Part shown: one piece after another, positions 10,010-19,290 of the stretch
Layout of the letters: each line of letters starts with the position of its first letter
Position numbering within the stretch: position 1 is the stretch's first letter
Assembly (NCBI GenBank): GCA_028819345.1
Contig: JAPPLW010000099.1
Span: 3,061-67,060 of the forward strand
Length of the DNA stretch: 64,000 bases
Source of the DNA: a bacterium
GTDB taxonomy: Bacteria; Actinomycetota; Acidimicrobiia; Spongiisociales; ZC4RG35
Direction: 5' to 3'
Made by a program: the position numbers and the translations under genes
Notes under the pieces: generated by a model
Databases searched by the model: none
What the model saw: only the letters and a program-made list of their open reading frames with translations
What the model was told of the DNA's origin: nothing

Positions 10010-11884
10010 CTAGGCGGTGAGAAGAAGGCGGTACTCGGTGTCCCGCAGGCCTACCCGCCGATTCATGGCCGCAATGGTCCTGCGGAAGTCCTCGGGGGTC
10101 AATTCCTGCCCATGGGCCGCTCCGGCGGAACGGGTGATTATCTCCCCCATCAGGGTGCCCCCCAGGTCGTTGCAGCCCGCGTCCAGCAGCCGTCCGGCGC
10201 CGTCCAGTCCCAGCTTCACCCAGGACGCCTGAATATTGGGGACCAAGCCGTCAAGGGCAATCCGTCCGATCGCATGGATAAGCACCACCTCATCCCAGGT
10301 TGGTCCGGGACGAGCCTTCCCGTTCAGCCAGATGGGCGCCCCCATGTGAACGAAGGGAAGGGGGACCAACTCGGTGAACCCTCCGGTGCGCGCTTGGATC
10401 TGGCGGATCACATCCAGGTGCCTGGCCCAGGAGCGGTGATGATCGATGTGCCCGAACATGATGGTGGCGGTGGCCTTGAGGCCCAGTTCATGGGCGGTCA
10501 ACATCACCTGCGCCCACTGGGAGGTCCGGATCTTGTCCGGACACAGATAGCGCCGGACATCGTCGTCCAGTATCTCGGCAGCGGTTCCGGGAAGAGTTCC
10601 GAGGCCGGCTTCCTTCAGACGGGCGAGGAACTCCCTCACCGGGACCCCCAAGGTCTCGGCGCCCTGCCACACCTCGAGAGGAGTGAACCCGTGAATGTGC
10701 ATCTCCGGCAATTCAGCCTTGATGGCCTCGGTAACCCGTACGTAGAAGTCCCCGGTGAATTCCGGGTGAATCCCGCCTTGCAGGGTCACCTCCGTGGCGC
10801 CCCTGTCCCAGGCCTCCCGCGCCCTCCGCACAATGTCGGCGATGGACATGAGGTAGGGGTCCCCCCGAAGATTGAGACTGCGCGGTCCCTTGGAGAAGGC
10901 GCAGAAGCCGCACCGGAAGTAGCAGAGATTGGTGTAGTTGATGTTCCGGTTGACGACATAGGTGACCAGGTCTCCCACCGTCCGGCGGCGGAGTTGGTCG
11001 GCGGTCCACGCCACAGCCTCCACCTGATCCCCTCTCGCCCCGAACAGGGCCTCGGTCTCCGCCACCCCCGGAGGGCTTCCGGCCAGAGACCGCTCCAGGA
11101 TGGGACGGAGGCTCCCCGCTTCCTCCAGTTCCCGGGCGCCTGCTCCGGCGACCCACACGGAGTCGGGCCACGCAGCCGAGAAACGTCGGGAAGGAATAGG
11201 TGCGGGCTCAGCGCGTCCGGGCGCCCAGGTGTAGCGAGGACGGGCGGCGCCCGAGGCGTCCACCTGCTGGAGCCAGGCCCGAAAGGCGCTTCGGGAGAGA
11301 ACTTTGCGGACTGCGTCGATCTCCAGGCCAGGAGGCAGGGCGGTCCGCTCCACCAGTTGGTGGGAGCCCAGTCTTTGGCGCAGCTCACCGATCCGATCCG
11401 CGTCCCAGTCTCGGAGCAACAGGTCCCCGGCTCCATCCAGCACGGCAGCCTCGGCCTGGTCCACATCGTCCACGAAGACAGATACCACGGCCTCGATCGC
11501 GGGCACCGAACAGACGGCGGCGGCGGCTCTGACCGTGCTACGGGTAGCGCGCAGGAAAGTGGCTTCACTGCGGGCCAGAGCATCCAGCACCACCTCGGCG
11601 GGACCCGAGTTCCTGACGGTGACCAGCCAGCCGGGAGTGTTCGCCTTGGCAAGCTCCAACGCCTGGTCAGGGTCAACGATCCGCGTGGCTTCCGACGGAT
11701 CCGCCTGCCGGGCGGAAACGAGCAGACCCGCCTGGTGGGCGGCCCGGAAGTCGGCTGCTCCCGGAGATTCCATCTCCAGGGTGGTGGTTCCCTCTCGTAC
11801 ACGCGCCTCGGCGACCGCTGCGGTGGCAGCCTCCGCGGGCCGGGTGCGCAGGAACGTGATGGTCCGGGAAGTGGCGATCATCAT
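10010..11884 (-). CDS. cofH: FO synthase subunit CofH (radical SAM) with extra ~245-aa N-terminal region
   Basis: The C-terminal ~380 aa is CofH-like (VTYVVNRNINYTNLCYFRCGFCAFSKG, radical-SAM CxxxCxxC at residues 321-328). The first ~245 aa have no CofH counterpart. An in-frame GTG at 11158 would give a canonical-size CofH. Confidence 0.85.
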   Translation of the reverse strand: MMIATSRTITFLRTRPAEAATAAVAEARVREGTTTLEMESPGAADFRAAHQAGLLVSARQADPSEATRIVDPDQALELAKANTPGWLVTVRNSGPAEVVLDALARSEATFLRATRSTVRAAAAVCSVPAIEAVVSVFVDDVDQAEAAVLDGAGDLLLRDWDADRIGELRQRLGSHQLVERTALPPGLEIDAVRKVLSRSAFRAWLQQVDASGAARPRYTWAPGRAEPAPIPSRRFSAAWPDSVWVAGAGARELEEAGSLRPILERSLAGSPPGVAETEALFGARGDQVEAVAWTADQLRRRTVGDLVTYVVNRNINYTNLCYFRCGFCAFSKGPRSLNLRGDPYLMSIADIVRRAREAWDRGATEVTLQGGIHPEFTGDFYVRVTEAIKAELPEMHIHGFTPLEVWQGAETLGVPVREFLARLKEAGLGTLPGTAAEILDDDVRRYLCPDKIRTSQWAQVMLTAHELGLKATATIMFGHIDHHRSWARHLDVIRQIQARTGGFTELVPLPFVHMGAPIWLNGKARPGPTWDEVVLIHAIGRIALDGLVPNIQASWVKLGLDGAGRLLDAGCNDLGGTLMGEIITRSAGAAHGQELTPEDFRRTIAAMNRRVGLRDTEYRLLLTA

Positions 11885-11913
11885 CCTGTCAGGCTACATC
11901 TACCCCATCCCGC

Positions 11914-13080
11914 TCACGAAACGACCGGAATGGCTGGACGAGGTGCAGGGCCGGCCTGAGGAGCCCGGGCATAGCCCCTCGAGTCCACGGCCCCCATGAC
12001 CTTGGGAAACAGGGAGGGATCGACCCACAGGCCAGAGAGGTAGGAGGGGTAGATCGGCAAGCGGGGAAGCAGTTGGAAACCGGCGGCCTCCGTCCGGCGG
12101 CGCAGGGCTTCCAGGTGAGGCCAGGGCGCTTCCGGATTCACCCAGTCGATGGTGAGCGGGGAAACCCCTCCCCAATCGTTGATGCCCGCCTCCAGGTACA
12201 TCTCGTAGCGCTCGGTCAGGTTCGGGGGAACCTGCAGGTTCATCTCCGGGCCCATGATCCAGCGAGCCAGGGCCACGACCCGCATGAACCAGGCGGGAAT
12301 CGGCTCGGCGTTGAGCCGCATGGGAGTGTTGTACTTGGCTCGGAAGTTCTGGACGATCACCTCCTGGATATGACCTCCTTCATCCGCCAGGTCCCGGAGC
12401 GCCAGCAGGGAATCGATGATCTCGGTGGAATGCTCTCCGATCCCGACCAGGATGCCGGTGGTGAAAGGCACCGACAACCGGGCCGCATCCTCGATCACCC
12501 GCACCCGGACCGAAGGGACTTTGTCAGGGCAGTTGAAGTGGGGCATTCCCGGTTCGGTGAGCCGGTCCGAGATGTTCTCCAACATAAGGCCCATTGACGG
12601 GTTGGACGGGCGGAGAGCCTCCATCTGGGTGAGGGTCATCACCCCCGGATTGGCATGGGGGAAGAGAGAAGTCTCACGGTTCACCATCTCGGTCATCCGG
12701 CGGGTGTACTCCAAGGTGTTTTCACAACCCTGGGAATCCAGGAAGCGCCGGGCCGAGGGCCAGCGGTCCTCGGGGCGGTCGCCCAGGGTGAACAGCGCCT
12801 CCGTGCATTGGTGCGCCTCCCCGGCCTTCGCCACCGCCAACACCTGCTCGGGAGGCATGAACATCCCTCCTCCTCCCGGGGGCTGAGCAAAGGTGCAGTA
12901 GGTGCAACTGTCGCGGCACAGGGTGGTGAGCGGTACGAAGACCTTGCGGCTGTAGGTGACCGTCCGCCCCTTCCCCTCATCCCGGAGCCGGGCGGCTTCG
13001 GCGAACAACGGCTGTGGGGATCGCCGACCCTCCAGGTAAGACAGGGCCAACTGCGGGTCGAAGGAGGGGTGAGCCATCAT
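11914..13080 (-). CDS. cofG: FO synthase subunit CofG (radical SAM)
   Basis: TYSRKVFVPLTTLCRDSCTYCTFAQPP radical-SAM motif. The track ORF (512 aa) is trimmed to MMAHPSFDPQ... at 13080, which makes an ATGA overlap with the upstream SDR stop. The longer version would overlap the SDR gene. Confidence 0.85.
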   Translation of the reverse strand: MMAHPSFDPQLALSYLEGRRSPQPLFAEAARLRDEGKGRTVTYSRKVFVPLTTLCRDSCTYCTFAQPPGGGGMFMPPEQVLAVAKAGEAHQCTEALFTLGDRPEDRWPSARRFLDSQGCENTLEYTRRMTEMVNRETSLFPHANPGVMTLTQMEALRPSNPSMGLMLENISDRLTEPGMPHFNCPDKVPSVRVRVIEDAARLSVPFTTGILVGIGEHSTEIIDSLLALRDLADEGGHIQEVIVQNFRAKYNTPMRLNAEPIPAWFMRVVALARWIMGPEMNLQVPPNLTERYEMYLEAGINDWGGVSPLTIDWVNPEAPWPHLEALRRRTEAAGFQLLPRLPIYPSYLSGLWVDPSLFPKVMGAVDSRGYARAPQAGPAPRPAIPVVS

Positions 13081-13853
13081 CCCATCCCGGCGGTTGCGCC
13101 CAGCACCCCGCCGTCCACAGGAAGCGTCACTCCCGTAATCCAGGAGGCGTCTTCCGAGCACAGGAACGCCACGGCTCGGGCCACGTCCCCGGGCTCTCCG
13201 AGTCTCTGCAGAGGGTGCAGCCGGCCCGTGCCGATCGGGTCGGACTCCCAAAGCATGGCCGACAACCGGGTCTTGATGACGGCGGGCGCCACCGCGTTGA
13301 CCCGCACCCGGGGGGCAAGCTCCATGGCGAGTTGGCTGGTCATATAGATCAAGGCCGCCTTGGAGATGTTGTAGGCGCCCAGCAACGGGGCAGGACGAAA
13401 GCCTCCCACCGAAGCCACATTCACCACGCAACCCCCGTGGGATCCCATCCATTGCGCCCAGGCCTCCTGTGTCCAGACCAGCGGGGCGCGCTGGTTCACA
13501 GCCCAGGTCTTGTCGACTGCGTCCAGGGAAACCTCCATGAGGTTGCCGGCGCCAGGATTGGTGCCCGCGTTGTTCACCAATATGTCGCAGCTCCCGAACC
13601 GCTCGATCGTCTCCCGGATCGCCCTGGCGGCATGGCGGTCATCGTCGGCCCGGGCCACGGTCGGAAACACTCTCTCGGGATCACTCCCGTCCGCCTGCAG
13701 TTGGGCAATCGCCTCCTCCAGATTCCCGGGCTGGCGGGAAGTTATAGCCACCCCCGCCGCTCCGAGATCCAACAACTCTGCGGCCACGGCCAGACCGATG
13801 CCCCTGCTCCCGCCGGTGATGACCGCTACCTTGCCCTCGATGCCCGAACTCAA
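13077..13853 (-). CDS. short-chain dehydrogenase/reductase (FabG-like)
   Basis: GKVAVITGGSRGIGLAVA cofactor motif, NNAG, and YNISKAA catalytic Y-x3-K. I chose the start at TTG 13853 (GAGGAG 7 nt upstream), which avoids overlap with ispG. The track start is 13910. Confidence 0.75.
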   Translation of the reverse strand: MSSGIEGKVAVITGGSRGIGLAVAAELLDLGAAGVAITSRQPGNLEEAIAQLQADGSDPERVFPTVARADDDRHAARAIRETIERFGSCDILVNNAGTNPGAGNLMEVSLDAVDKTWAVNQRAPLVWTQEAWAQWMGSHGGCVVNVASVGGFRPAPLLGAYNISKAALIYMTSQLAMELAPRVRVNAVAPAVIKTRLSAMLWESDPIGTGRLHPLQRLGEPGDVARAVAFLCSEDASWITGVTLPVDGGVLGATAGMG

Positions 13854-13887
13854 ATTCCGTCTCCTCGACGGCCTAGGTCGCCACGGA

Positions 13888-15123
13888 CTAGGTCTTCGCC
13901 CCTCGAGCAATTATCTCCACCCGCTGACGACGCTCTGCTGCGGAATTGGCTTCAGGCTGGATGTCCAGCAGCCGGAGCCGGTCCGCCTCGGCCTCTTTGG
14001 CCGCCGACAGATCGGCCGCCGCCAAGCGCGCCTCCACTCCCTCCTCCACCAGACGGCGGCCTTCGGACACCAGAGCCTCAACCATCTCGGACTCCGGCAC
14101 CACCGCCACCACCTCGCCCTTGATGAAGAGATGTCCCCGGCCCCGACCGGCCGCTATGCCGAGATCGGCAGACCGGGCCTCCCCCGGGCCGTTCACCACG
14201 CACCCCATCACCGCCACCTGGATGGGTAGGTTCTCCTTCTCCAGCGCCTCCTGGGCAACCTGTGCCACCTCGATCACATCAACCTCCGCCCGTCCGCAGG
14301 AAGGGCAGGCAATCAAATCGAGGCTGCGACGTTCCCGCAGACCCAGGTACTCCAGCAGGCGCCGTCCCGACTCCGCCTCCACCACCGGATCGGCGGTCAA
14401 GGAGAACCTGATGGTGTCCCCGATGCCTTCCATCAGGAGAGTGGAGATTCCCGCCACCGACTTGATCAGACCCCCGGGAGGGGGACCCGCCTCCGTCACC
14501 CCCAGGTGAAGCGGGTAGTCCACCTCATCCGACAGAAGGCGGTAGGACTCGATCATGGTGGGGACGTGGGAGTGCTTGACCGAGATCTTGATGTCGTAGA
14601 AGTCAACCTCCTCCAGGTACCGGATCTCCAGCAAGGCCGACTCCACCAGCGCCTCCGGAGTGGCGTCTCCGTGGCGGCCGAGGATGTCCTTGTCAAGTGA
14701 ACCGGCGTTGACCCCCACGCGGATCGGGACCTGCCGCTCGGCGGCCGCACGGGCCACTTCCTTGATGTGGCTGGGGCGACGGATATTGCCAGGGTTGAGC
14801 CGCAGGCCGCAAACCCCGCTCTCCAGGGCGGCCAGGGCCAATCGGTATTGGAAGTGGATGTCGGCGATTATCGGCACCGGGCTGCGGGGAACGATCTCCG
14901 CCAGCCCCTGGGCGGCCTCCACGGTGTTGCAGGTGATCCTCACCAGGTCGGCGCCTGCTCCTGCCAGGGCATACACCTGCGCCAGGGTGCCGTCCACGTC
15001 ATGGGTCTTGGTGGTGGTCATCGACTGCACGGTGATCGGGGCGTCGCCTCCGACCTGCACCGATCCGACTTTGATGGCGCGAGTGCGCCGTCTCGGGCGA
15101 ACGAAGGAGCGGGCGTCTCTCAC
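13888..15123 (-). CDS. ispG: 4-hydroxy-3-methylbut-2-en-1-yl diphosphate synthase
   Basis: 411 aa. IKVGSVQVGGDAPITVQSMTTTKT, IACPSCGR and MGCVVNGPGE Fe-S motifs are present. Confidence 0.92.
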   Translation of the reverse strand: MRDARSFVRPRRRTRAIKVGSVQVGGDAPITVQSMTTTKTHDVDGTLAQVYALAGAGADLVRITCNTVEAAQGLAEIVPRSPVPIIADIHFQYRLALAALESGVCGLRLNPGNIRRPSHIKEVARAAAERQVPIRVGVNAGSLDKDILGRHGDATPEALVESALLEIRYLEEVDFYDIKISVKHSHVPTMIESYRLLSDEVDYPLHLGVTEAGPPPGGLIKSVAGISTLLMEGIGDTIRFSLTADPVVEAESGRRLLEYLGLRERRSLDLIACPSCGRAEVDVIEVAQVAQEALEKENLPIQVAVMGCVVNGPGEARSADLGIAAGRGRGHLFIKGEVVAVVPESEMVEALVSEGRRLVEEGVEARLAAADLSAAKEAEADRLRLLDIQPEANSAAERRQRVEIIARGAKT

Positions 15124-16223
15124 AACCGGATGGGGTCGATCACATCCAGCACCAGGGCCGCCACACCCAGGAATATCACCAGCACGGTCACCACTGCCGC
15201 TATGGAGATAAGCACTCTCGGCCGGGCGCGACGCTTCAAGATCTTCTCATAGAGCGCCACCGCCACGTGCCCACCGTCCAGGGGGTATGCGGGAATGACA
15301 TTGAACACACCCAGCACGACATTCAAATATGCTAACAACCTCACCACGTCCGCCACGCCTCGCTCGCCGATCTGCGCTCCGATGTTGGCCAACCCGATCG
15401 GACTGACCGGACGGTTGTCCTCGGAGACCTCCCCTCCCAGAATCCCCCCGGCCAACTCCGCCAGCGATGACGGGCTGACCAGTTGCCCGATGGCGCTGAA
15501 GGTAAGGCCCACCGCCTCCGCGATATCACTCGAGGCGGTGGCGACCGCCCCTCCCAAACCAACCGAGCGGGTCTCGAGGGCCGGCCCCACTCCCAAGAAC
15601 CCCCTCTCCACCCCTTCGGAATCCAACCGGGTGGCCAACGTCGTCTCCACCCTCATGATCGCGCCGTCCCTGCTCAGCTCGATGAGCACAGTCCGACCTG
15701 GACGCTCCGCCAGTAGCCTCGCCGTCTCCTCCCAGCTGTCGGTGGGCATACCGTCGATCGTCAGAATCAGGTCCCCGGCTTGGATCTCCGCATCGGCCGC
15801 CGGAGTGGCGGAGCCATCGGCCAGTTCGTGCACCACGTGCACCACCTGATTGGTGTAGTCGGTGACGCCAACCACCAGGAACAGACCGGCCAGGATCAGA
15901 AAGGCCATGAGAAAGTTCATGGCCACACCGCTGAGGGCCACCGTCATCTTCTGCCAGAACTTCTTGTGGTAATAGGAGCGCTCTGGATCCGTCTCGTCGT
16001 CCTGAAAGGGCCCCATACCTGCGATCTTCACGAATCCCCCGAAGGGCAGGAGACGGAACCCGTACTCGGTCTCCCCTTTCTTTACCGACCAAAGCCTTGG
16101 ACCGAAGCCAAAGAACATCTCGGTTGCCTTCATTCCGGTGGCGCGGGCCGCCAGGAAGTGACCCAGTTCATGTACGGTGACGAAGAACACGATTCCCAGC
16201 AGGACCACCAACGCGCCCACCAT
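15120..16223 (-). CDS. rseP: site-2 (M50) intramembrane zinc metalloprotease, RseP/Rip1-like
   Basis: HELGHFLAARATGMKATEMFFGFGP (HExxH), a central PDZ-like segment and a C-terminal NVIPAYPLDGG motif. It has a 4-nt overlap with ispG. Confidence 0.85.
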   Translation of the reverse strand: MVGALVVLLGIVFFVTVHELGHFLAARATGMKATEMFFGFGPRLWSVKKGETEYGFRLLPFGGFVKIAGMGPFQDDETDPERSYYHKKFWQKMTVALSGVAMNFLMAFLILAGLFLVVGVTDYTNQVVHVVHELADGSATPAADAEIQAGDLILTIDGMPTDSWEETARLLAERPGRTVLIELSRDGAIMRVETTLATRLDSEGVERGFLGVGPALETRSVGLGGAVATASSDIAEAVGLTFSAIGQLVSPSSLAELAGGILGGEVSEDNRPVSPIGLANIGAQIGERGVADVVRLLAYLNVVLGVFNVIPAYPLDGGHVAVALYEKILKRRARPRVLISIAAVVTVLVIFLGVAALVLDVIDPIRL

Positions 16224-16279
16224 TAAATCACCTCCCTTCCGGTCAGGCCGAGCATACCAAATTGGGGAAGAAGCGGGCC

Positions 16280-17392
16280 CTAGACGTAATCAAACACCGA
16301 AAACAGGTAATAGGCGCCCGGCAACACCAGCAACAGCCCGTCGATGCGGTCCAGTATGCCGCCGTGCCCGGGAAGCAGGGAACTCATGTCCTTGAGGCCG
16401 ATCGACCGCTTTACGGCCGACTCCATGCCATCTCCGAGGGGGGCAAGCACCGAGACGACCGCCGCCAGGTACAGCGCCTGATAGAGGGTGAGAACCGAAA
16501 AGGTGGGCAGGGTGGAGAAGATGGCGGCGATGGCGAAGGTGGCGACCACTCCTCCCAGCAAGCCCTCCACTGTCTTCTTGGACGAGAGGGACGGGGACAA
16601 AGGCCGGTTCCCCAGCGCCCGGCCCACCACGAACGCCGCGGTGTCGAACACCGAGTTCAATAGCAACACCCAAACCAGGAGCGCTACTCCGTCTTCGGCG
16701 AGGCCTATCACCACCGCAAAGGAAAGAAGGGAGACCCAGATCATCCCGAGCAGAGTCAGGGTGGCATTCTCCACGGCCATCCTGCGCGACGCCGCCGCGT
16801 AGAAAAGTAAAACCAATGCCACCGCCCCCGCCAGCACTCCCCCCATCGATCCCAGTCCCGACATGTGCGCGCCGATTCCCGCTCCCAAGGCCCCGACCAG
16901 TCCCAACAGGGCCATGGGCCGGTAACCCACAGACCGGACGGCCATGTAGAACTCGACCAGTCCCAGGCCCATGGCCACCAATATCAAACCGGTCAGCCAT
17001 GCCTCGCCCAGGTAGAGAGCGACAATCACCACGCCCACCATCACCATGGCGCTGACGATCCGTGTGACAAGGTCCGATGACTGGGCCTGCTCCGCAGCCT
17101 CAACGTCTTCGGTGGCCATCCCGGTCCGTCCCGTCACATCCTCGAAGCCCAGCATTCCCGACTCGACGCCAGGGATGGCCGCCGCCACGGCCTGCTGGCG
17201 GTGCTCCCTGGCTTCGGCCTCCATCACTTCCTCGGCCAAAGCCTCATGCTGGGTTGTGCGGCTGTCGAAGACATCCTCCCCCGTCAGGACCGGATCGGGC
17301 TCGCCGGACTCCGTCGGTCGCACCGGTCTGATGGGGGTCGGTTCCCCGTCAGGTTCCCAGTCGGGGACCCAGGTGGTGTCAGGCGGCTTCAT
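16280..17392 (-). CDS. cdsA: phosphatidate cytidylyltransferase with ~105-aa acidic N-terminal extension
   Basis: C-terminal SLSSKKTVEGLLGG...LKDMSSLLPGHGGILDRIDGLL signature and multiple transmembrane helices. Confidence 0.85.
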   Translation of the reverse strand: MKPPDTTWVPDWEPDGEPTPIRPVRPTESGEPDPVLTGEDVFDSRTTQHEALAEEVMEAEAREHRQQAVAAAIPGVESGMLGFEDVTGRTGMATEDVEAAEQAQSSDLVTRIVSAMVMVGVVIVALYLGEAWLTGLILVAMGLGLVEFYMAVRSVGYRPMALLGLVGALGAGIGAHMSGLGSMGGVLAGAVALVLLFYAAASRRMAVENATLTLLGMIWVSLLSFAVVIGLAEDGVALLVWVLLLNSVFDTAAFVVGRALGNRPLSPSLSSKKTVEGLLGGVVATFAIAAIFSTLPTFSVLTLYQALYLAAVVSVLAPLGDGMESAVKRSIGLKDMSSLLPGHGGILDRIDGLLLVLPGAYYLFSVFDYV

Positions 17393-17398
17393 TACCCG

Positions 17399-17950
17399 CT
17401 ATACCTCCAGCAACTCGGCTTCCTTGCGCTTTAGCAGCTCATCCACCTGCCTTACCGTCTGATCAGTCAGATCTTGAAGCTGCCTCTCGGCGCGGTGAAG
17501 GTCGTCATCCGAGCATAACCCCTTGAGGGCTTCCAAGTCTGACTTTGCCCCGCGACGGACGTTCCGGATGGATACCCTGCCGTCTTCCGCCTGCCGGCGA
17601 ACTATGCGAATCAACTCCATCCGGCGTTCCTCGGTCAGGGGCGGGAAGGCCAACCTGATCACCACCCCGTCGTTAGCGGGGTTGATCCCGAGATTCGAAC
17701 CGTGGAGCGCCTTCTCTATCTCGGGGATGGCGCTCTTGTCGTATGGGTGGATCACCAGGAGCCGTGGATCAGGAACCGTGAAGTTGGCAAGCTGCTGGAG
17801 GGGAAGGGAGGCGCCGTAGTAGTTGACCCGCAGGTTCTGGACGATCTGAGGATTGGCCCGACCGGTTCGCACCACCGCGAATTGCCCGGTCACGAATTCC
17901 ACGGAGCTCTCCATCAGGAGATTGGCTTCCTCCAGAACCTCGTCGATCAT
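17399..17950 (-). CDS. frr: ribosome recycling factor
   Basis: 183 aa. FAVVRTGRANPQIVQNLRVNYYGASLPLQQLANFTVPDPRLLVIHPYD, and conserved position after pyrH. Confidence 0.95.
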   Translation of the reverse strand: MIDEVLEEANLLMESSVEFVTGQFAVVRTGRANPQIVQNLRVNYYGASLPLQQLANFTVPDPRLLVIHPYDKSAIPEIEKALHGSNLGINPANDGVVIRLAFPPLTEERRMELIRIVRRQAEDGRVSIRNVRRGAKSDLEALKGLCSDDDLHRAERQLQDLTDQTVRQVDELLKRKEAELLEV

Positions 17951-17959
17951 GAGAACTTC

Positions 17960-18670
17960 CTAGCCCACCCTGGTGCCGAGCGGCTCGCCGATCAGAGCCC
18001 GGTACACGTTGCCTGGTCCGGACATGTCAAATACAACGATAGGGAGGCCGTGCTCCCGACAGAGCGTAATCGCGGTCATGTCCATCACCTTGAGGTTCTG
18101 TGAGATGACATCCATGTAGGAAGCAGACTCCAACAGCCGGGCGGAGGAGTCGAGATGGGGATCGGCGCTGTACACACCGTCCACCTTGCTGGCTTTCAGC
18201 ACCACCTCCGCGCCGATCTCAATTGCCCGCAGCGCCGCGGTGGTGTCAGTTGTGAAAAACGGGTTGCCGGTTCCGGCCACGAAGATCACGATCCGTCCCT
18301 TCTCGAGGTGGCGCACCGCACGGTTGCGGATGTACGGTTCACTGACCTGCCGCATCGTGATGGCGCTCATGACCCGGGTGGTCATCCCGCATTTCTCCAA
18401 TGCGTCACGCAGCGCCAAGCCGTTCATCACCGTGGCGAGCATCCCCATGTAATCAGCCGTGGCGGGATCGAGGCCTCGGGCGGCCAGGGCGGTGCCCCGG
18501 AAGAAGTTCCCCCCTCCCACCACCACCGAGATCTCGGTACCGATCTCCCGTGCCTTGCTTATCTCCCCAGCCAGGGTCGCAACTGTGGCCGGATCGATCC
18601 CGAAGCCCCCCTCCTGTTCGCAGAAGGCCTCTCCCGACAGCTTGAGGAGGACCCGACGCAAGGAGGTCAT
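17960..18670 (-). CDS. pyrH: UMP kinase
   Basis: 236 aa. [11 protein letters not shown]...[11 protein letters not shown]...[23 protein letters not shown]. Confidence 0.95.
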   Translation of the reverse strand: MTSLRRVLLKLSGEAFCEQEGGFGIDPATVATLAGEISKAREIGTEISVVVGGGNFFRGTALAARGLDPATADYMGMLATVMNGLALRDALEKCGMTTRVMSAITMRQVSEPYIRNRAVRHLEKGRIVIFVAGTGNPFFTTDTTAALRAIEIGAEVVLKASKVDGVYSADPHLDSSARLLESASYMDVISQNLKVMDMTAITLCREHGLPIVVFDMSGPGNVYRALIGEPLGTRVG

Positions 18671-19290
18671 CAGGACTCCTGCTCACCCACCGCCAGTCGG
18701 GCCACCCGGCGGATCTTGACGTTTTCGCCCACCCGCGCGGCAAGGGTCTTCACCATGTCTCCCACCGATCCCTCGTACTTCTGGGAGTTGACGAACTCCT
18801 GCTCGGTGAGAACGTTTTCAACAAAGAACTTCTCCATGCGGCCATCCACGATCCGGGGAATAATCGCGTCAGGCTTGCCTTCGGTCCGCGCGCTGCGCGC
18901 GATGAGGTCCCGTTCATGCGAGAGGACGTCGTCGGGAACCTCGTGCCGCTCGACCCAGCGTGGGGCCGACCACGAGACATGCATGGCGATGTCGTTGGCA
19001 ACCTCATTGAATTCCGGGCTCTTGGCAACGAAGTCGGTTTCACAGGCCAACTCGATCAAGACACCCATCACCGGATGGCCGGACTGATGGTGAAGATAGC
19101 TCCCGACCGTTCCCTCGTTGGCGTCGCGATCGGCTCGCTTGGCGGCTTGGGCGAGGCCCCGCTCCCTGAGAAGATCGTGGGCTCTGTCCATGTTCCCGCC
19201 TGCCTCTACGAGGGCTTTCTTGGCGTCCATCATTCCCACTCCGGCCCGTCGCCGCAGACGCTGGACGTCCTTGGCTGTGAACTCGGCCAC
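18670..19290 (-). CDS. tsf: translation elongation factor Ts (short form)
   Basis: 206 aa. [34 protein letters not shown] (UBA-like N-terminus), [11 protein letters not shown]. The GTG start overlaps the rpsB stop by 1 nt. Confidence 0.9.
   Translation of the reverse strand: MAEFTAKDVQRLRRRAGVGMMDAKKALVEAGGNMDRAHDLLRERGLAQAAKRADRDANEGTVGSYLHHQSGHPVMGVLIELACETDFVAKSPEFNEVANDIAMHVSWSAPRWVERHEVPDDVLSHERDLIARSARTEGKPDAIIPRIVDGRMEKFFVENVLTEQEFVNSQKYEGSVGDMVKTLAARVGENVKIRRVARLAVGEQES

Noticed and set aside
10112-11959. 615-aa plus-strand ORF
   Set aside because: It lies antisense to cofH. The composition is low-complexity Gly/Arg/Pro and there are no family motifs.
13081-13452. Long N-terminal extensions of track ORFs: cofG 512 aa, folD 441 aa, mec 256 aa, hpnD 391 aa, polyprenyl synthase 464 aa, hpnC 336 aa, Nudix 248 aa, trpS 391 aa, DUF3179 575 aa
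   Set aside because: In each case the extension overlaps the upstream gene's coding sequence and is Arg/Gly/Pro-rich. The family-typical N-terminus begins at an internal ATG that forms a 1-nt or 4-nt stop/start overlap or has its own Shine-Dalgarno.
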